Assembly: GCA_010909165.1 (NCBI GenBank) | Contig: VJWM01000151.1 | Span: 1 to 64,000, forward strand | Origin: Anthoceros angustus | Lineage: Eukaryota > Plantae > Anthocerotophyta | Reading direction: 5' to 3' | DNA: 64,000 nucleotides | Shown: positions 47,601 through 62,600 of the stretch, piece after piece | Layout: every line of letters starts with the position of its first letter | How positions within the stretch are numbered: position 1 is the first letter of the stretch | The notes under the pieces: generated by a model | Database searches by the model: none | What the model was told of the DNA's origin: nothing | Seen by the model: only the letters and a program-made list of their open reading frames with translations | Position numbers and translations under genes: made by a program

Positions 47601-50600
47601 AGCCACACTAATTAGTTATCAAACAAGCTCAACCTTTTGTGACCCTTGGTGCATTTCCGAGTAGCTAGTGACTTTTCAAGCGTGAAGTTACAACATTTTG
47701 TTTTGGTGACAATGGTGTCGTGAAAAGGTTTTTGAAGAATTTGATGAGGAAATCAAGCCCGATTTCCAAAGAGGATTCATCGCAATTGTTCACCGTTAGT
47801 ATCCGCTTGCAGACGGATAAAACTTGTGTTTCTATTGCGAGACGGATAACATTTCCGTTCTGTTGCTCATATGTCCCGTAGCTTGTTCACCATGCTTCTT
47901 AAAACTTGAGATATCCTTTATCAATCATAAGATGTCGATAAGGAGGTTATGAAAACACTTGACATGGAGCACAGTGAGAAAAATGCTTGTGGGGCTTCTA
48001 TCGCCCTCAACTATTATGGTGCATTTTAGAGTGGAAACCATAACATGCATCTGTTGCAACCTTAACATGCATCAGTTGCAACCTAAGAATTCTTTAAGCA
48101 CGCTTTCAAGAAGATCACGTCAGAGGTTACCTTCTTGTAAGATCATTTGATAAGCAGAAAGAGGAGCACAAGTTACACAATCATATTCTTGAATTGGTGG
48201 AGAAAGGAATTCTTCAATTTTTGAAATGGATGATCACACTTGCAAAAGGAATGTAAATGCAAGATCATAGTTCATTAATTTATTTTAGCAGTGATATATT
48301 CATTTTTATTCTCTTTCCTACTTCATGTTTTGAAATGTTTGCAAACCATCATTATGTTACCGAGATCATTTAACTTTGCGGCGCTCGTTTCTCGTCCACC
48401 TTTGTAACCGCATTTACAAAGACGCACGGATCTCCATCGTAACACGGCCCCTAGAAGATCTAAATCGCTTTTGCTTTCGACAAATGTTGCACTGATCCGG
48501 GAAGGCTCGCCATTCAACGCTCTCCTTAAGATATGGGCTATTGAGCTCCAAGAAGTCTCGAGGCGCGAGTGGATGCCCGAGCCGATGAATTTTGGGGCTC
48601 GTCTTGAAATACTTGGGAAAGATGATGCGGATGAGAAACACCAAGTAAGCGGAGCACAACCCTGATTTTGGTACAAGCGCCGAGAGTCTACCATGCCAAT
48701 TTTTCACAACGCTTGGATCTATTGGGTGTCGTTTCTAGTTGCGTCTTCATGTCGATACCGCCCATAATGAAATGCTGTAAGTAGCTTCTAGACAAGGTTT
48801 TAGTATAGTTAATTAGCAATATTCTAGGAAAGTGATAAAATAGAAATAGTGATAATATAGAAGAAAATAGAAAGAGTGATAATATAGAAGGCTGCCATGG
48901 GTGCCCTAGTCTATATATGTCCTATATACCACACATATATTATGTATCTTGTGTTGGGTTTTCTATGTTATCTTAGGTTATAATTATTCTAAAGTAGGTA
49001 TTTGTTTTCATATCTTGTGTTTGGCCTCTAAAGTTGTCTGTGCACCTTGTGCACAGAAACGGTGGTACAAGAATAACCGAGGCGTTAAAGAATTTTACGA
49101 TTAAATCGTCACACACACCATCCAAGAAAAACACATAGCTTGATTAGAGAAAGCTCTAAGGAAAAGAAATGGCTGCTCGGCAGACTTCATCTAGCATAAA
49201 TACACGTGGTGACAAGAGGAGGTTTAACGGGTCCGAAAATACCAATGATAATAGGAAAACGCGTTACTACGTAAAAGATTCAACGACCAAGTTCAAAAGG
49301 AAATCGAGATTCACATGGTCAAGCTCCTCAACTACTTCAAAGAACTCGAAACCCAACTGCTTTCTGCCGTCCACCTTTGTAAATCGCAATTTACGACTGC
49401 ACGGATCTCCATCGTAACACGGCCCCTAGAAGATCTAAATCGCTTTTGTTTAATGACAAATGTTGCACTGATCCGGGAAGGCTCGCCATTCAACGCGCCT
49501 CCTTAAGATATGGGCTATTGAGCTCCAAGAAGTCTCGAGGCGCGAGTGGATGCCCGAGCTGCTGAATTTTGGGGCTCGCCTTGAAATACTTGGGAAAGAT
49601 GGTGCGGATGAGAAACACCGGCGCCAAGCGGAGCACAACCCGTGATTTTGGTACAAGCGCCGAGAGTCTACCATGCCAATTTCACAACGCTTGGATCTAT
49701 TGGGTGTCGTTTTGGGCCAAGGCTTAGAAGCCCTGCCGAAACCTTAGCTCCATAATGAAATGTCAGTAGTAGCTTCTAGACAAGGTTTTAGTATAGTTAA
49801 TTAGCAATATTCTAGGAAAGTGATAAAATAGAAATAGTGATAATATAGAAGAAAATAAGAGTGATAATATAGAAGTCGCCATGGGTGCCCTAGTCTATAT
49901 ATGTCCTATATACTCACACATATATTATGTATCTTGTGTTGGGTTTTCTATGTTATCTTAGGTTATAATTATTCTAAAGTAGGTATTTGTTTTCATATCT
50001 TGTGTTTGGCCTCTAAAGTTGTCTGTATACCTTGTGCACAGAAACGGTGGTACAAGAATAACCGAGGCGTTAAAGAATTTTACGATTAAATCGTCACACA
50101 CACCATCCAAGAAAAACACATAGCTTGATTAGAGAAAGCTCTAAGGAAAAGAAATGGCTGCTCGGCAGACTTCATCTAGCATAAATACACGTGGTGACAA
50201 GAGGAGGTTTAACGGGTCCGAAAATACCAATGATAATAGGAAAACGCGTTACTACGTAAAAGATTCAACGACCAAGTTCAAAAGGAAATCGAGATTCACA
50301 TGGTCAAGCTCCTCAACTACTTCAAAGAACTCGAAACCCCAACTGCTTTCTGCTCATCCGCTTATACTTTGAGTTCTATCCGCATATGTCATTCCACAAA
50401 CCTCCTCTACATCACAAGACGCGGTCCGCCACACAACAATTTTGGACATAATATCAACCATACTTCAAAATTTTACGATGGGAACGATATCAAAATTCCA
50501 ATCTTGTTCAAGGATGCCCTCGGGCATATTTTGAAAATTATGGGCAAATGACTAATACGAGGGTCTCATCACCTACTTCTCGTGTTGGATCCAACCATGT

Positions 50601-53600
50601 TCAAGGATATCCACGTGCACATGTTCAAGGTCATGCGAAAATGATTAATACTACTAGGGCTGCATTTTATGATGCGAACAATATTCAAACTCCAATCATG
50701 TTCAAGGATGCCTCCGCATATTATGAAGATGATGTTAAAATGACTAATACTAGGGTCCCATCACCTAGTTCTCGTGTTGGATTTGATCGTGGTCAAGGAT
50801 ATCCTCCGCACATATCCAAGGTTATGTGGAAATGACTAATACTACGGTCTCGCCACCGTGTTTTCTGAGGCGGATGATGTAGGGATTACTAGAAGCCATA
50901 CGGAAAATAAAGACTACAAGAAAATAGTATGGTATTTGCGCCAACAGCCCGTCCTTATGCGGAAAAAGCGCTAGCATGCAATCATTGTACCGTAGGAAAT
51001 GCTTCAATTGATGGAACAATTACGACAACAACATAGCTGGAAAAACGAGATACTACGTCAAATAATAGTGGGGCTCAACTGCGTCAAAGTGTCCCATCAA
51101 TTATTTCCAAACTAGGCAATGCTACACCTATAATTTTAATGAGATCAAGGCCTCATTTGATCGCAGTGAAGAGGAAAAATTGGAAAATGGAAAGTGCTTG
51201 CATATGGACTTCAAGTACGAATGGAACAATTTCTTGCAATAAGCAATTTACCTAAGCCAAGTCCTTCATATGACAACAACTGGATCAACATCGACATTAT
51301 GTGAAAGAAATACAAATTGATGGATAGATCAAATGTTATTGCACAAGACGATGTCCCACAAAATGTTGCCCCACAAGAAACTACAATAAAAGAAGGAGTA
51401 TAAAATCAAGATTTATGTGAAAACAATGTCGACCACACTCCAAAATTTTATGATAGGAAGCCCGATATAAAAACCCCAATCATATTGAAGGATGCCTCGG
51501 GCATATTTTGAAAATTATGGGCAAATGACTAATACGAGGGTCTCATCACCTAGTTCCGTGTTGGATCCAATCATGGTCAAGAGTATCCTCCGAAGGTTAT
51601 TCAAAATTCTAATACAAGGGTCACTAATACAAACACGAAAAGCAATATGGTAATGGTAACAACCCGTCCTTCTCTAGAAAATCCTAGTACCATGCAACCA
51701 TTGCATGACGCAGAAAAATAAAATGCTTCAATTCATGAAAACAATGAGGACAACATAGGAGAAATAATGAGACAATGCTTGCTGAAACAGCTAATGAAAT
51801 GGCAAATGTGTCAAACTGTCCCATCAATCATTTCCAAATAAGAGAAAGCTACACCATTAATCTATCTTTAATGCAATCGGCCTCATTTGATCGCAAAACG
51901 AAGAGGAGAATTTGGGAAAATGAAAAGTGCTTGGATATAGACGCCAAATACGAAGAAACAATTTCTTGCACTAAGAAGTTTACTTAAGCCAAGTCCTTCA
52001 TGTGACAACAAAAGGATCAACAACAACATTACGTGAAACAAATATAAAATTTGATAGATAAATCAATGTGATTGCACAAGACGATGTCTCACAAATGTTG
52101 CCGCATGCTTATGATAAAAGGACGAGTAAAAAATCACAATCTACATGAAAATTAGGGCCCATATCAAATTTAGTAATTCCTTCTAGTGCTATGCTATTTG
52201 AGAACAATCTTATTTTCATAGTAACCTTTAAATATGATTAGTTAGATGTTATTAATCAATCCTTGGCCTTTGAAAATCGGACCTTCTATAATGTCTTTGA
52301 TTGACCCTACCATATGTATCAAGATTTAAACCAAAATACAAATCAAAATTTATCCTTGGCCTTTGAAAAGTAGTCTTCTTTGATTTTGAGTCCTTGGTCT
52401 TTGAATCTCTCTCGGACGACTATAAATGTGCCACCAGCCACACTAATTAGTTATCAAACAAGCTCAACCTTTTGACACCCTTGGTGCATTTCACGAGTAG
52501 CTAGTGACTTTTCAAGCGTGAAGTTACAACATTTTGTTTTGGTGACAATGGTGTCTGTGAAAAGGTTTTGAAGAATTTGATGAGGAAATCAAGCCCATTT
52601 CCAAAGAGGATTCATCGCAATTGTTCACCGTTAGTATCCGCTACATGACGGATAAAACTTGTGTTTCTATTGCGTAGACGGATAACATTTGCCTCGTTGC
52701 TCATATGTCCCGTAGCTTGTTCACCATGCTTCTTAAAACTTCGTAGATATCCTTTATCAATCATAAGATGTCGATAAGGAGGTTATGAAAACACTTGACA
52801 TGGAGCACCGTGAGAAAATGCTTGTGGGGCTTCATCGCCTCAACTATTATGGTGCATTTTAGAGTGGAAACCATAACATGCATCGGTAAACCTTAACATG
52901 CATCGGTTGCAACCTAAGAATTCTTCACACGCTTTCAAGAAGATCACGAGGTTACCTTCTTGTAAGATCATTTGATGAGCGTAAAGAGGAGCACAAGTTA
53001 CACAATCATATTCTTGAATTGGTGGAGAAAGGAATTCTTCAATTTTTGAAATGGATGATCACACTTGCAAAAGGAATGTAAATGCAAGATCATATTCATT
53101 AATTTATTTTAGCAGTGATATATTCATTTTATTCTCTTCCTACTTCATGTTTTGAAATGTTTGCAAACCATCATTATGTTATGAGATCATTTAACTCACA
53201 CCTGCTCGTTTTCTCGTCCACCTTTGTAACCGCAATTTACAAGATGCACGGATCTCCATCGTAACACGGCCCCTAGAAGATCTAAATCGCCTTTGCTTCA
53301 ATCACAAATGTTGCACTGATCCGGGAAGGCTCGCCATTCAACGCGCCTCCTTAAGATATGGGCTGTGAGCTCCAAGAAGTCTCGAGGCGCGAGTGGATGC
53401 CTCGAGCTGAATTTTGGGGCTCTTGAAATACTTGGGAAAGATGGTGCGGATGAGAAACACCAAGGCGAAAAGCGAAGCGGAGCACAACCCATGATTTTGG
53501 TACTGCCGAGAGTCTACCATGCCAATTTTTCACAACGCTTGGATCTATTGGGTGTCGTTTCTAGTTGCGTCTTCTAGAAGCCCTGATAACCGCCCATAAT

Positions 53601-56600
53601 GAAATGCTGGTAAGTAGCTTCTAGACAAGGTTTTAGTATAGTTAATTAGCAATATTCTAGGAAAGTGATAAAATAGAAATAGTGATAATATAGAAGAAAA
53701 TAGAAAGAGTGATAATATAGAAGGCGTGGTGCCCTAGTCTATATATGTCCTATATACTCACACATATATTATGTATCTTGTGTTGGGTTTTCTATGTTAT
53801 CTTAGGTTATAATTATTCTAAAGTAGGTATTTGTTTTCATATCTTTGTGTTTGGCCTCTAAAGTTGTCTGTGTGCACCTTGTGAACACGAAACGGGTGGT
53901 ACAAGAATAATTACAAGAATAACGAGGCGTTAAAGAATTTTAGATATTAATCGTCACACACCATCCAAGAAAAACACATAGCTTGATTAGAGAAAGCTCT
54001 AAGGAAAAGAAATGGCTGCTCAACAACTTCATCTAGCATAAATACACGTGGTGACAAGAGAGGTTTAACGGTCCAAAATACCAATGATAATAGGAAAAAC
54101 GCGTTACTACAGAAAAGATTCAACGACCAAGTTCAAAAGGAAATCGAGATTCACATGGTCAAGCTCCTCAACTACTTCAAGAAACTCGAAACCCCAACTG
54201 CTTACCGCTCATCCGCTTATACTTTGAGTTCTATCCATATGTCATTCCACAAACCTCCTCTACATCACAAGACGCGTCCGCCACACAACAATTTTGGACA
54301 TAATATCAACCATACTTCAAAATTTTACGATGGGAACGATATCAAAATTCCAATCTTGTTCAAGGATGCCCTCGGCATATTTTGAAAATTATGGGCAAAT
54401 GACTAATACGAGGGTCTCATCACCTACTTCGTGTTGGATCCAACCATGTTCAAGGATATCCACGTGCACATGTTCAAGGTCATGCGAAAATGATTAATAC
54501 TACTAGGGCTGCATTTATGATGCGAACAATATTCAAACTCCAATCATGTTCAAGGATGCCTCCGCATATTATGAAGATGATGTTAAAATGACTAATACTA
54601 GGTCCCATCACCTAGTTCTCGTGTTGGATTTGATCGTGGTCAAGGATATCCTCCGCACATATCCAAGGTTATGTGGAAATGACTAATACTACGGCCTCGC
54701 CACCGTGTTTTCCGAGGCGATGATGTAGGGATTACTAGAAGCCATACGGAAAATAAAGACTACAAGAAAATAGTATGGTATTTGCGCTACCCGCCCCTTA
54801 TGGAAAAAGTCGCTAGCATGCAATCATTGTACGTCGAGGAAATGCTTCAATTGATGGAAACAATTACGACAACAACATAGCTGGAAAAACGAGATACTAC
54901 GTAAATAGCCGATGAATTGGCTCAATCACACAAAGTGTCCCATCAATTATTTCCAAACTAGGCAATGCTACACCTATAATTTTTCAATGAGATCAAGGCC
55001 TCATTTGATCGCAAAAGCGAAGAGGAAAAATTGGAAAATGGAAAGTGCTTGCATATGGACTTCAAGTACGAATGGAACAATTTCTTGCAATAAGCAATTT
55101 ACCTAAGCCAAGTCCTTCATATGACAACAACTGGATCAACATCGACATTATGTGAAAGAAAATAATGAAATTGGATGGATAGATCAAATGTTATTGCACA
55201 AGACGATGTCCCACAAAATGTTGCCCCACAAGAAACTACAATAAAAGAAGGAGTATAAAATCAAGATTTATGTGAAAACAATTTACAAGACTGCACGGAT
55301 CTCCATCGTAACACGGCCCCTAGAAGATCTAAATCGCCTTTGCTTCAATCGACAAATGTTGCACTGATCCGGGAAGGCTCGCCATTCAACGCGCTCCTTA
55401 AGATATGGGCTATTGAGCTCCAAGAAGTCTCGAGGCGAGTGGATGCCCCGAGCTGAATTTTTGGGGCTCTTGAAATACTTGGGAAAGATGGTGCGGATGA
55501 GAAACACCAAGGCGAAAAGCGGAGCACAACCCTGATTTTGGTACAAGCGCCGAGAGTCTACCATGCCAATTTTTCACAACGCTTGGATCTATTGGGTGTC
55601 GTTTCTAGTTGCGTCTTCTAGAAGCTCGCGATAACCGCTCCATAATGAAATGCTGGTAAGTAGCTTCTAGACAAGGTTTTAGTATAGTTAATTAGCAATA
55701 TTCTAGGAAAGTGATAAAATAGAAATAGTGATAATATAGAAGAAAATAGAAAGAGTGATAATATAGGCCATGGGTGCCCTAGTCTATATATGTCCTATAT
55801 ACACATATATTATGTATCTTGTGTTGGGTTTTCTATGTTATCTTAGGTTATAATTATTCTAAAGTAGGTATTTGTTTTCATATCTTTGTGTTTGGCCTCT
55901 AAAGTTGTCTGTGCACCTTGTGAACACGAAACGGGTGGTACAAGAATAACCGAGGCGTTAAAGAAGATGATACCAAATCACACACCATCCAAGAAAAACA
56001 CATAGATTAGAGAAAGCTCTAAGGAAAAGAAATGGCTGCTCAAGACTTCATCTAGCATAAATACACGTGGTGACAAGAGGAGGTTTAACGGGTCCGAAAA
56101 TACCAATGATAATAGGAAAACCTACGTAAAAAGATTCAACGACCAAGTTCAAAAGGAAATCGAGATTCACATGGTCAAGCTCCTCAACTACTTCAAAGAA
56201 CTCGAAACCCCAACTGCTACTGCTCATCCGCTTATACTTTGAGTTCTATCCGCATATGTCATTCCACAAACCTCTACATCACAAGACGCGTCCGCCACAC
56301 AACAATTTTGGACATAATATCAACCATACTTCAAAATTTTACGATGGGAACGATATCAAAATTCCAATCTTGTTCAAGGATGCCCTCGGGCATATTTTGA
56401 AAATTATGGGCAAATGACTAACACGAGGGTCTCATCACCTACTTCGTGTTGGATCCAACCATGTTCAAGGATATCCACGTGCATGTTCAAGGTCATGCGA
56501 AAATGATTAATACTACTAGGGCTGCATTTTATGATGCAACAATATTCAAACTCCAATCATGTTCAAGGATGCCTCCGCATATTATGAAGATGATGTTAAA

Positions 56601-59600
56601 ATGACTAATACTAGGGTCCCATCACCTAGTTCTCGTGTTGGATTTGATCGTGGTCAAGGATATCCTCACATATCCAAGGTTATGTGAAATGACTAATACT
56701 ACGGCCTCGCCACCGTGTTTTCCGAGTGATGATGTAGGGATTACTAGAAGCCCACGGAAAATAAAGACTACAAGAAAATAGTATGGTATTTGCCAACAGT
56801 CCCTTATGCGGAAAAAGTCGCTAGCATGCAATCATCAACGTAGGAAATGCTTCAATTGATGGAAACAATTACGACAACAACATAGCTGGAAAAACGAGAT
56901 ACTACTACGTCAAAATAAAATGATGAATTGGCTCAATCACACAAAGTGTCCCATCAATTATTTCCAAACTAGGCAATGCTACACCTATAATTTTAATGAG
57001 ATCAAGGCCTCATTTGATCGCAAAAGCGAGGAAAAATTGGAAAATGGAAAGTGCTTGCATATGGACTTCAAGAATAATGGAACAATTTCTTGCACAAGCA
57101 ATTTACCTAAGCCAAGTCCTTCATATGACAACAACTGGATCAACATCGACATTATGTGAAAGAAAATAAAATTGGATGGATAGATCAAATGTTATTGCAC
57201 AAGACGATGTCCCACAAAATGTTGCCCCACAAGAAACTACAATAAAAGAAGGAGTATAAATCAAGATTTATGTGAAAACAATTTACACTCCAAAATTTTA
57301 TGATAGGAAGCCCGGATATAAAAACCCCAATCATATTGAAGGATGCCCTACGCATATATGTTGAAAAGTTATGCGAAAATTCCTAATACAAGGGTCCCAT
57401 CACCTAGTTCCGTGTTGGATCCAATCATGGTCAAGAGTATCCTCCAAGGTTATTCAAAATTCCTAATACAAGGGTCACTAATACAAACACGAAAAGCAAT
57501 ATGGTAATGGTAACAACCCGTCCTTCTAGAAAATCCTAGTACCATGCAACCATTGCATGACGCAGAAAAATAAAATGCTTCAATTCATGAAAACAATGAG
57601 GACAACATAGGAGAAATAATGAGACAATGCTTGCTGAAACAGCTAATGAAATGGCGCAAATGTGTCAAACTGTCCCATCAATCATTTCCAAATAAGAGAA
57701 AGCTACACCATTAATCTATCTTTAATGCAATGCCTCATTTGACCGCAAAAAGCAGAGGAGAATTTGGGAAAATGAAAAGTGCTTGGATATAGACGCCAAA
57801 TACGAAGAAACAATTTCTTGCACTAAGAAGTTTACTTAAGCCAAGTCCTTCATGTGACAACAAGTCGGATCAACAACAACATTACGTGAAACAAATATAA
57901 AATTTGATAGATAAATCAATGTGATTGCACAAGACGATGTCTCACAAATGTTGCCGCACGGCTTATGATAAAAGGACGAGTAAAAAATCACAATCTACAT
58001 GAAAATTAGGGCCCATATCAAAATTTAGTAATTCCTTCTAGTGCTATGCTATTTGAGAACAATCTTATTTTCATAGTAACCTTTAAATATGATTAGTTAG
58101 ATGTTATTAATCAATCCTTGGCCTTTGAAAATCGGACCTTCTATAATGTCTTTGATTGACCCTACCATATGTATCAAGATTTAAACCAAAATACAAATCA
58201 AAATTTATCCTTGGCCTTTGAAAAGTAGTCTTCTTTGATTTTGAGTCCTTGGTCTTTGAATCTCTCTACTACGGACGACTATAAATGTGCCACCAGCCAC
58301 ACTAATTAGTTATCAAACAAGCTCAACCTTTGACGACCCTTGGTGCATTTCAGTAGCTAGTGACTTTTCAAGCGTGAAGTTACAACATTTTGTTTTGGTG
58401 ACAATGGTGTCCGTGAAAAGGTTTTGAAGAATTTGATGAGGAAATCAAGCCCGATTTCCAAAGAGGATTCATCGCAATTGTTTTCAGCCTGCTAGTATCC
58501 GCTGCAGACGGATAAAACTTGTGTTTCTATTGCGTAGACGGATAACATTTCCGTTCGTTGCTCATATGTCCCGTAGCTTGTTCACCATGCTTCTTAAAAC
58601 TTCGTAGATATCCTTTATCAATCATAAGATGTCGATAAGGAGGTTATGAAAACACTTGACATGGAGCACCGTGAGAAAAATGCTTGTGGGCTTCTATCGC
58701 CTCAACTATTATGGTGCATTTTAGAGTGGAAACCATAACATGCATCGGTTGCAACCTTAACATGCATCGGTTGCAACCTAAGAATTCTTCAAGCACGCTT
58801 TCAAGCGTGAAGTTACAACATTTTGTTTTGGTGACAATGGTGTCTGTGAAAAGGTTTTGAAGAATTTGATGAGGAAATCAAGCCCGATTTCCAAAGAGGA
58901 TTCATCGCAATTGTTTTCAACCGTTAGTATCCGGTACGACGGATAAAACTTGTGTTTCTATTGCGAGACGGATAACATTTCCGTTCTGTTGCTCATATGT
59001 CCCGTAGCTTGTTCACCATGCTTCTTAAAACTTCGTAGATATCCTTTATCAATCATAAGATGTCGATAAGGAGGTTATGAAAACACTTGACATGGAGCAC
59101 CGTGAGAAAATGCTTGTGGGCTTCTATCGCCTCAACTATTATGGTGCATTTTAGAGTGGAAACCATAACATGCATCGGTTGCAACCTTAACATGCATCGG
59201 TTGCAACCTAAGAATTCTTCAAGCACGCTTTCAAGAAGATCACGTGAGGTTACCTTCTTGTAAGATCATTTGATGAGCGTAAAGAGGAGCACAAGTTACA
59301 CAATCATATTCTTGAATTGGTGGAGAAAGGAATTCTTCAATTTTGAAATGGATGATCACACTTGCAAAAGGAATGTAAATGCAAGATCATATTCATTAAT
59401 TTATTTTAGCAGTGATATATTCATTTTATTCTCTTCCTACTTCATGTTTTGAAATGTTTGCAAACCATCATTATGTTACCGAGATCATTTAACTCACACT
59501 GCGCTGCTTTTCTCGCCGTCACCTCATCGCAATTTACAGACTGCACGGATCTCCATCGTAACACGGCCCCTAGAAGATCTAAATCGCCTTTGCTTCAATC

Positions 59601-62600
59601 GACAAATGTTGCACTTGATCCGGGAAGGCTCGCCATTCAACGCTCTCCTTAAGATATGGGCTATTGAGCTCCAAGAAGTCTCGAGGCGCGAGTGGATGCC
59701 CGAGTGAATTTTTGGGGCTCTCTTGAAATACTTGGGAAAGATGGTGCGGATGAGAAACACCAAGGCAAGCGGAGCACAACCCGTGATTTTGGTACAAGCG
59801 GCCGAGAGTCTACTATGCCAATTTTTCACAACGCTTGGATCTATTGGGTGTCGTTTCTAGTTATGCTTCTAGAAGCCTCGATAACCGCTCCATAATGAAA
59901 TGCTGGTAAGTAGCTTCTAGACAAGGTTTTAGTATAGTTAATTAGCAATATTCTAGAAAGTGATAAAATAGAAATAGTGATAATATAGAAGAAAATAGAA
60001 AGAGTGATAATATAGAAGCCATGGGTGCCCTAGTCTATATATGTCCTATATACTCACACATATATTATGTATCTTGTGTTGGGTTTTCTATGTTATCTTA
60101 GGTTATAATTATTCTAAAGTAGGTATTTGTTTTCATATCTTGTGTTTGGCCTCTAAAGTTGTCTGCACCTTGTGAACACGAAACGGGTGGTACAAGAATA
60201 ACCGAGGCGTTAAAGAATTTTACAGTGCAAAATCGTCACACACCATCCAAGAAAAACACATAGCTTGATTAGAGAAAGCTCTAAGGAAAAGAAATGGCTG
60301 CTCAATGACTTCATCTAGCATAAATACACGTGGTGACAAGAGGAGGTTTAACGGGTCCGAAAATACCAATGATAATAGGAAAACGCGTTACCACGGAAAA
60401 AGATTCAACGACCAAGTTCAAAAGGAAATCGAGATTCACATGGTCAAGCTCCTCAACTACTTGACAAACTCGAAACCCAACTGCTTACTGTTCATCCGCT
60501 TATACTTTGAGTTCTATCCTCGCATATGTCATTCCACAAACCTCCTCTACATCACAAGACGCGTCCGCCACACAACAATTTTGGACATAATATCAACCAT
60601 ACTTCAAAATTTTACGATGGGAACGATATCAAAATTCCAATCTTGTTCAAGGATGCCTCGGGCATATTTTGAAAATTATGGGCAAATGACTAATACGAGG
60701 GTCTCATCACCTACTTCTGTGTTGGATCCAACCATGTTCAAGGATATCCACGTGCACATGTTCAAGGTCATGCGAAAATGATTAATACTACTAGGGCTGC
60801 ATTTTATGATGCGAACAATATTCAAACTCCAATCATGTTCAAGGATGCCTCCGCATATTATGAAGATGATGTTAAAATGACTAATACTAGGGTCCCATCA
60901 CCTAGTTCTCGTGTTGGATTTGATCGTGGTCAAGGATATCCTCCGGCACATATCCAAGGTTATGTGGAAATGACTAATACTACGGTCGCCACCGTGTTTT
61001 CTCGAGGCGATGATGTAGGGATTACTAGAAGCCATACGGAAAATAAAGACTACAAGAAAATAGTATGGTATTTGCGCCAACAGCCCGTCCTTATGGAAAA
61101 AGCTAGCATGCAATCATTGTACGTCGTGAAATGCTTCAATTGATGGAAACAATTACGACAACAACATAGCTGGAAAAACGAGATACTACGTCGAAATAGC
61201 CGATGAATTGGCTCAATCACACAAAGTGTCCCATCAATTATTTCCAAACTAGGCAATGCTACACCTATAATTTTAATGAGATCAAGGCCTCATTTGATCG
61301 CAAAAGCGAAGAGGAAAAATTGGAAAAATGGAAAGTGCTTGCATATGGACTTCAAGTACGAATGGAACAATTTCTTGCAATAAGCAATTTACCTAAGCCA
61401 AGTCCTTCATATGACAACAATGGATCAACATCGACATTATGTGAAAGAAAATACGAAATTGGATGGATAGATCAAATGTTATTGCACAAGACGATGTCCC
61501 ACAAAATGTTGCCCCACAAGAAACTACAATAAAAGAAGGAGTATAAAATCAAGATTTATGTGAAAACAATGTCGACTACACTCCAAAATTTTATGATAGG
61601 AAGCCTGGATATAAAAACCCCAATCATATTGAAGGATGCCCTACGGCATATGTTGAAAGTTATGCGAAAATTCCTAATACAAGGGTCCCATCACCTAGTT
61701 CCTGTTGGATCCAATCATGGTCAAGAGTATCCTCCGCACATATCCAAGGTTATGTGGAAATGACTAATACTACTACCGCCACCGTGTTTTCTCGAGGCGA
61801 TGATGTAGGGATTACTAGAAGCCATACGGAAAATAAAGACTACAAGAAAATAGTATGGTATTTGCGCCAACAGCCCGTCCTTATGGAAAAAGCTAGCATG
61901 CAATCATTGTACGTCAGAAAATGCTTCAATTGATGGAAACAATTACGACAACAACATAGCTGGAAAAACGAGATACTACGTCGAAATAGCCGATGAATTG
62001 GCTCAATCGTCAAAGTGTCCCATCAATTATTTCCAAACTAGGCAATGCTACACCTATAATTTTAATGAGATCAAGGCCTCATTTGATCGCAAAAGCGAAG
62101 AGGAAAAATTGGAAAATGGAAAGTGCTTGCATATGGACTTCAAGTACGAATGGAACAATTTCTTGCACAATTTACCTAAGCCAAGTCCTTCATATGACAA
62201 CAACTGGATCAACATCGACATTATGTGAAAGAAAATACGAAATTGGATGGATAGATCAAATGTTATTGCACAAGACGATGTCCCACAAAATGTTGCCCCA
62301 CAAGAAACTACAATAAAAGAAGGAGTATAAAATCAAGATTTATGTGAAAACAATGTCGACCACACTCCAAAATTTTATGATAGGAAGCCTGGATATAAAA
62401 ACCCCAATCATATTGAAGGATGCCCTACGGCATATGTTGAAAAGTTATGCGAAAATTCCTAATACAAGGGTCCCATCACCTAGTTCCTGTTGGATCCAAT
62501 CATGGTCAAGAGTATCCTCCGCACATATCCAAGGTTATGTGGAAATGACTAATACTACGGTCGCCACCGTGTTTTCTCGAGGCGATGATGTAGGGATTAC

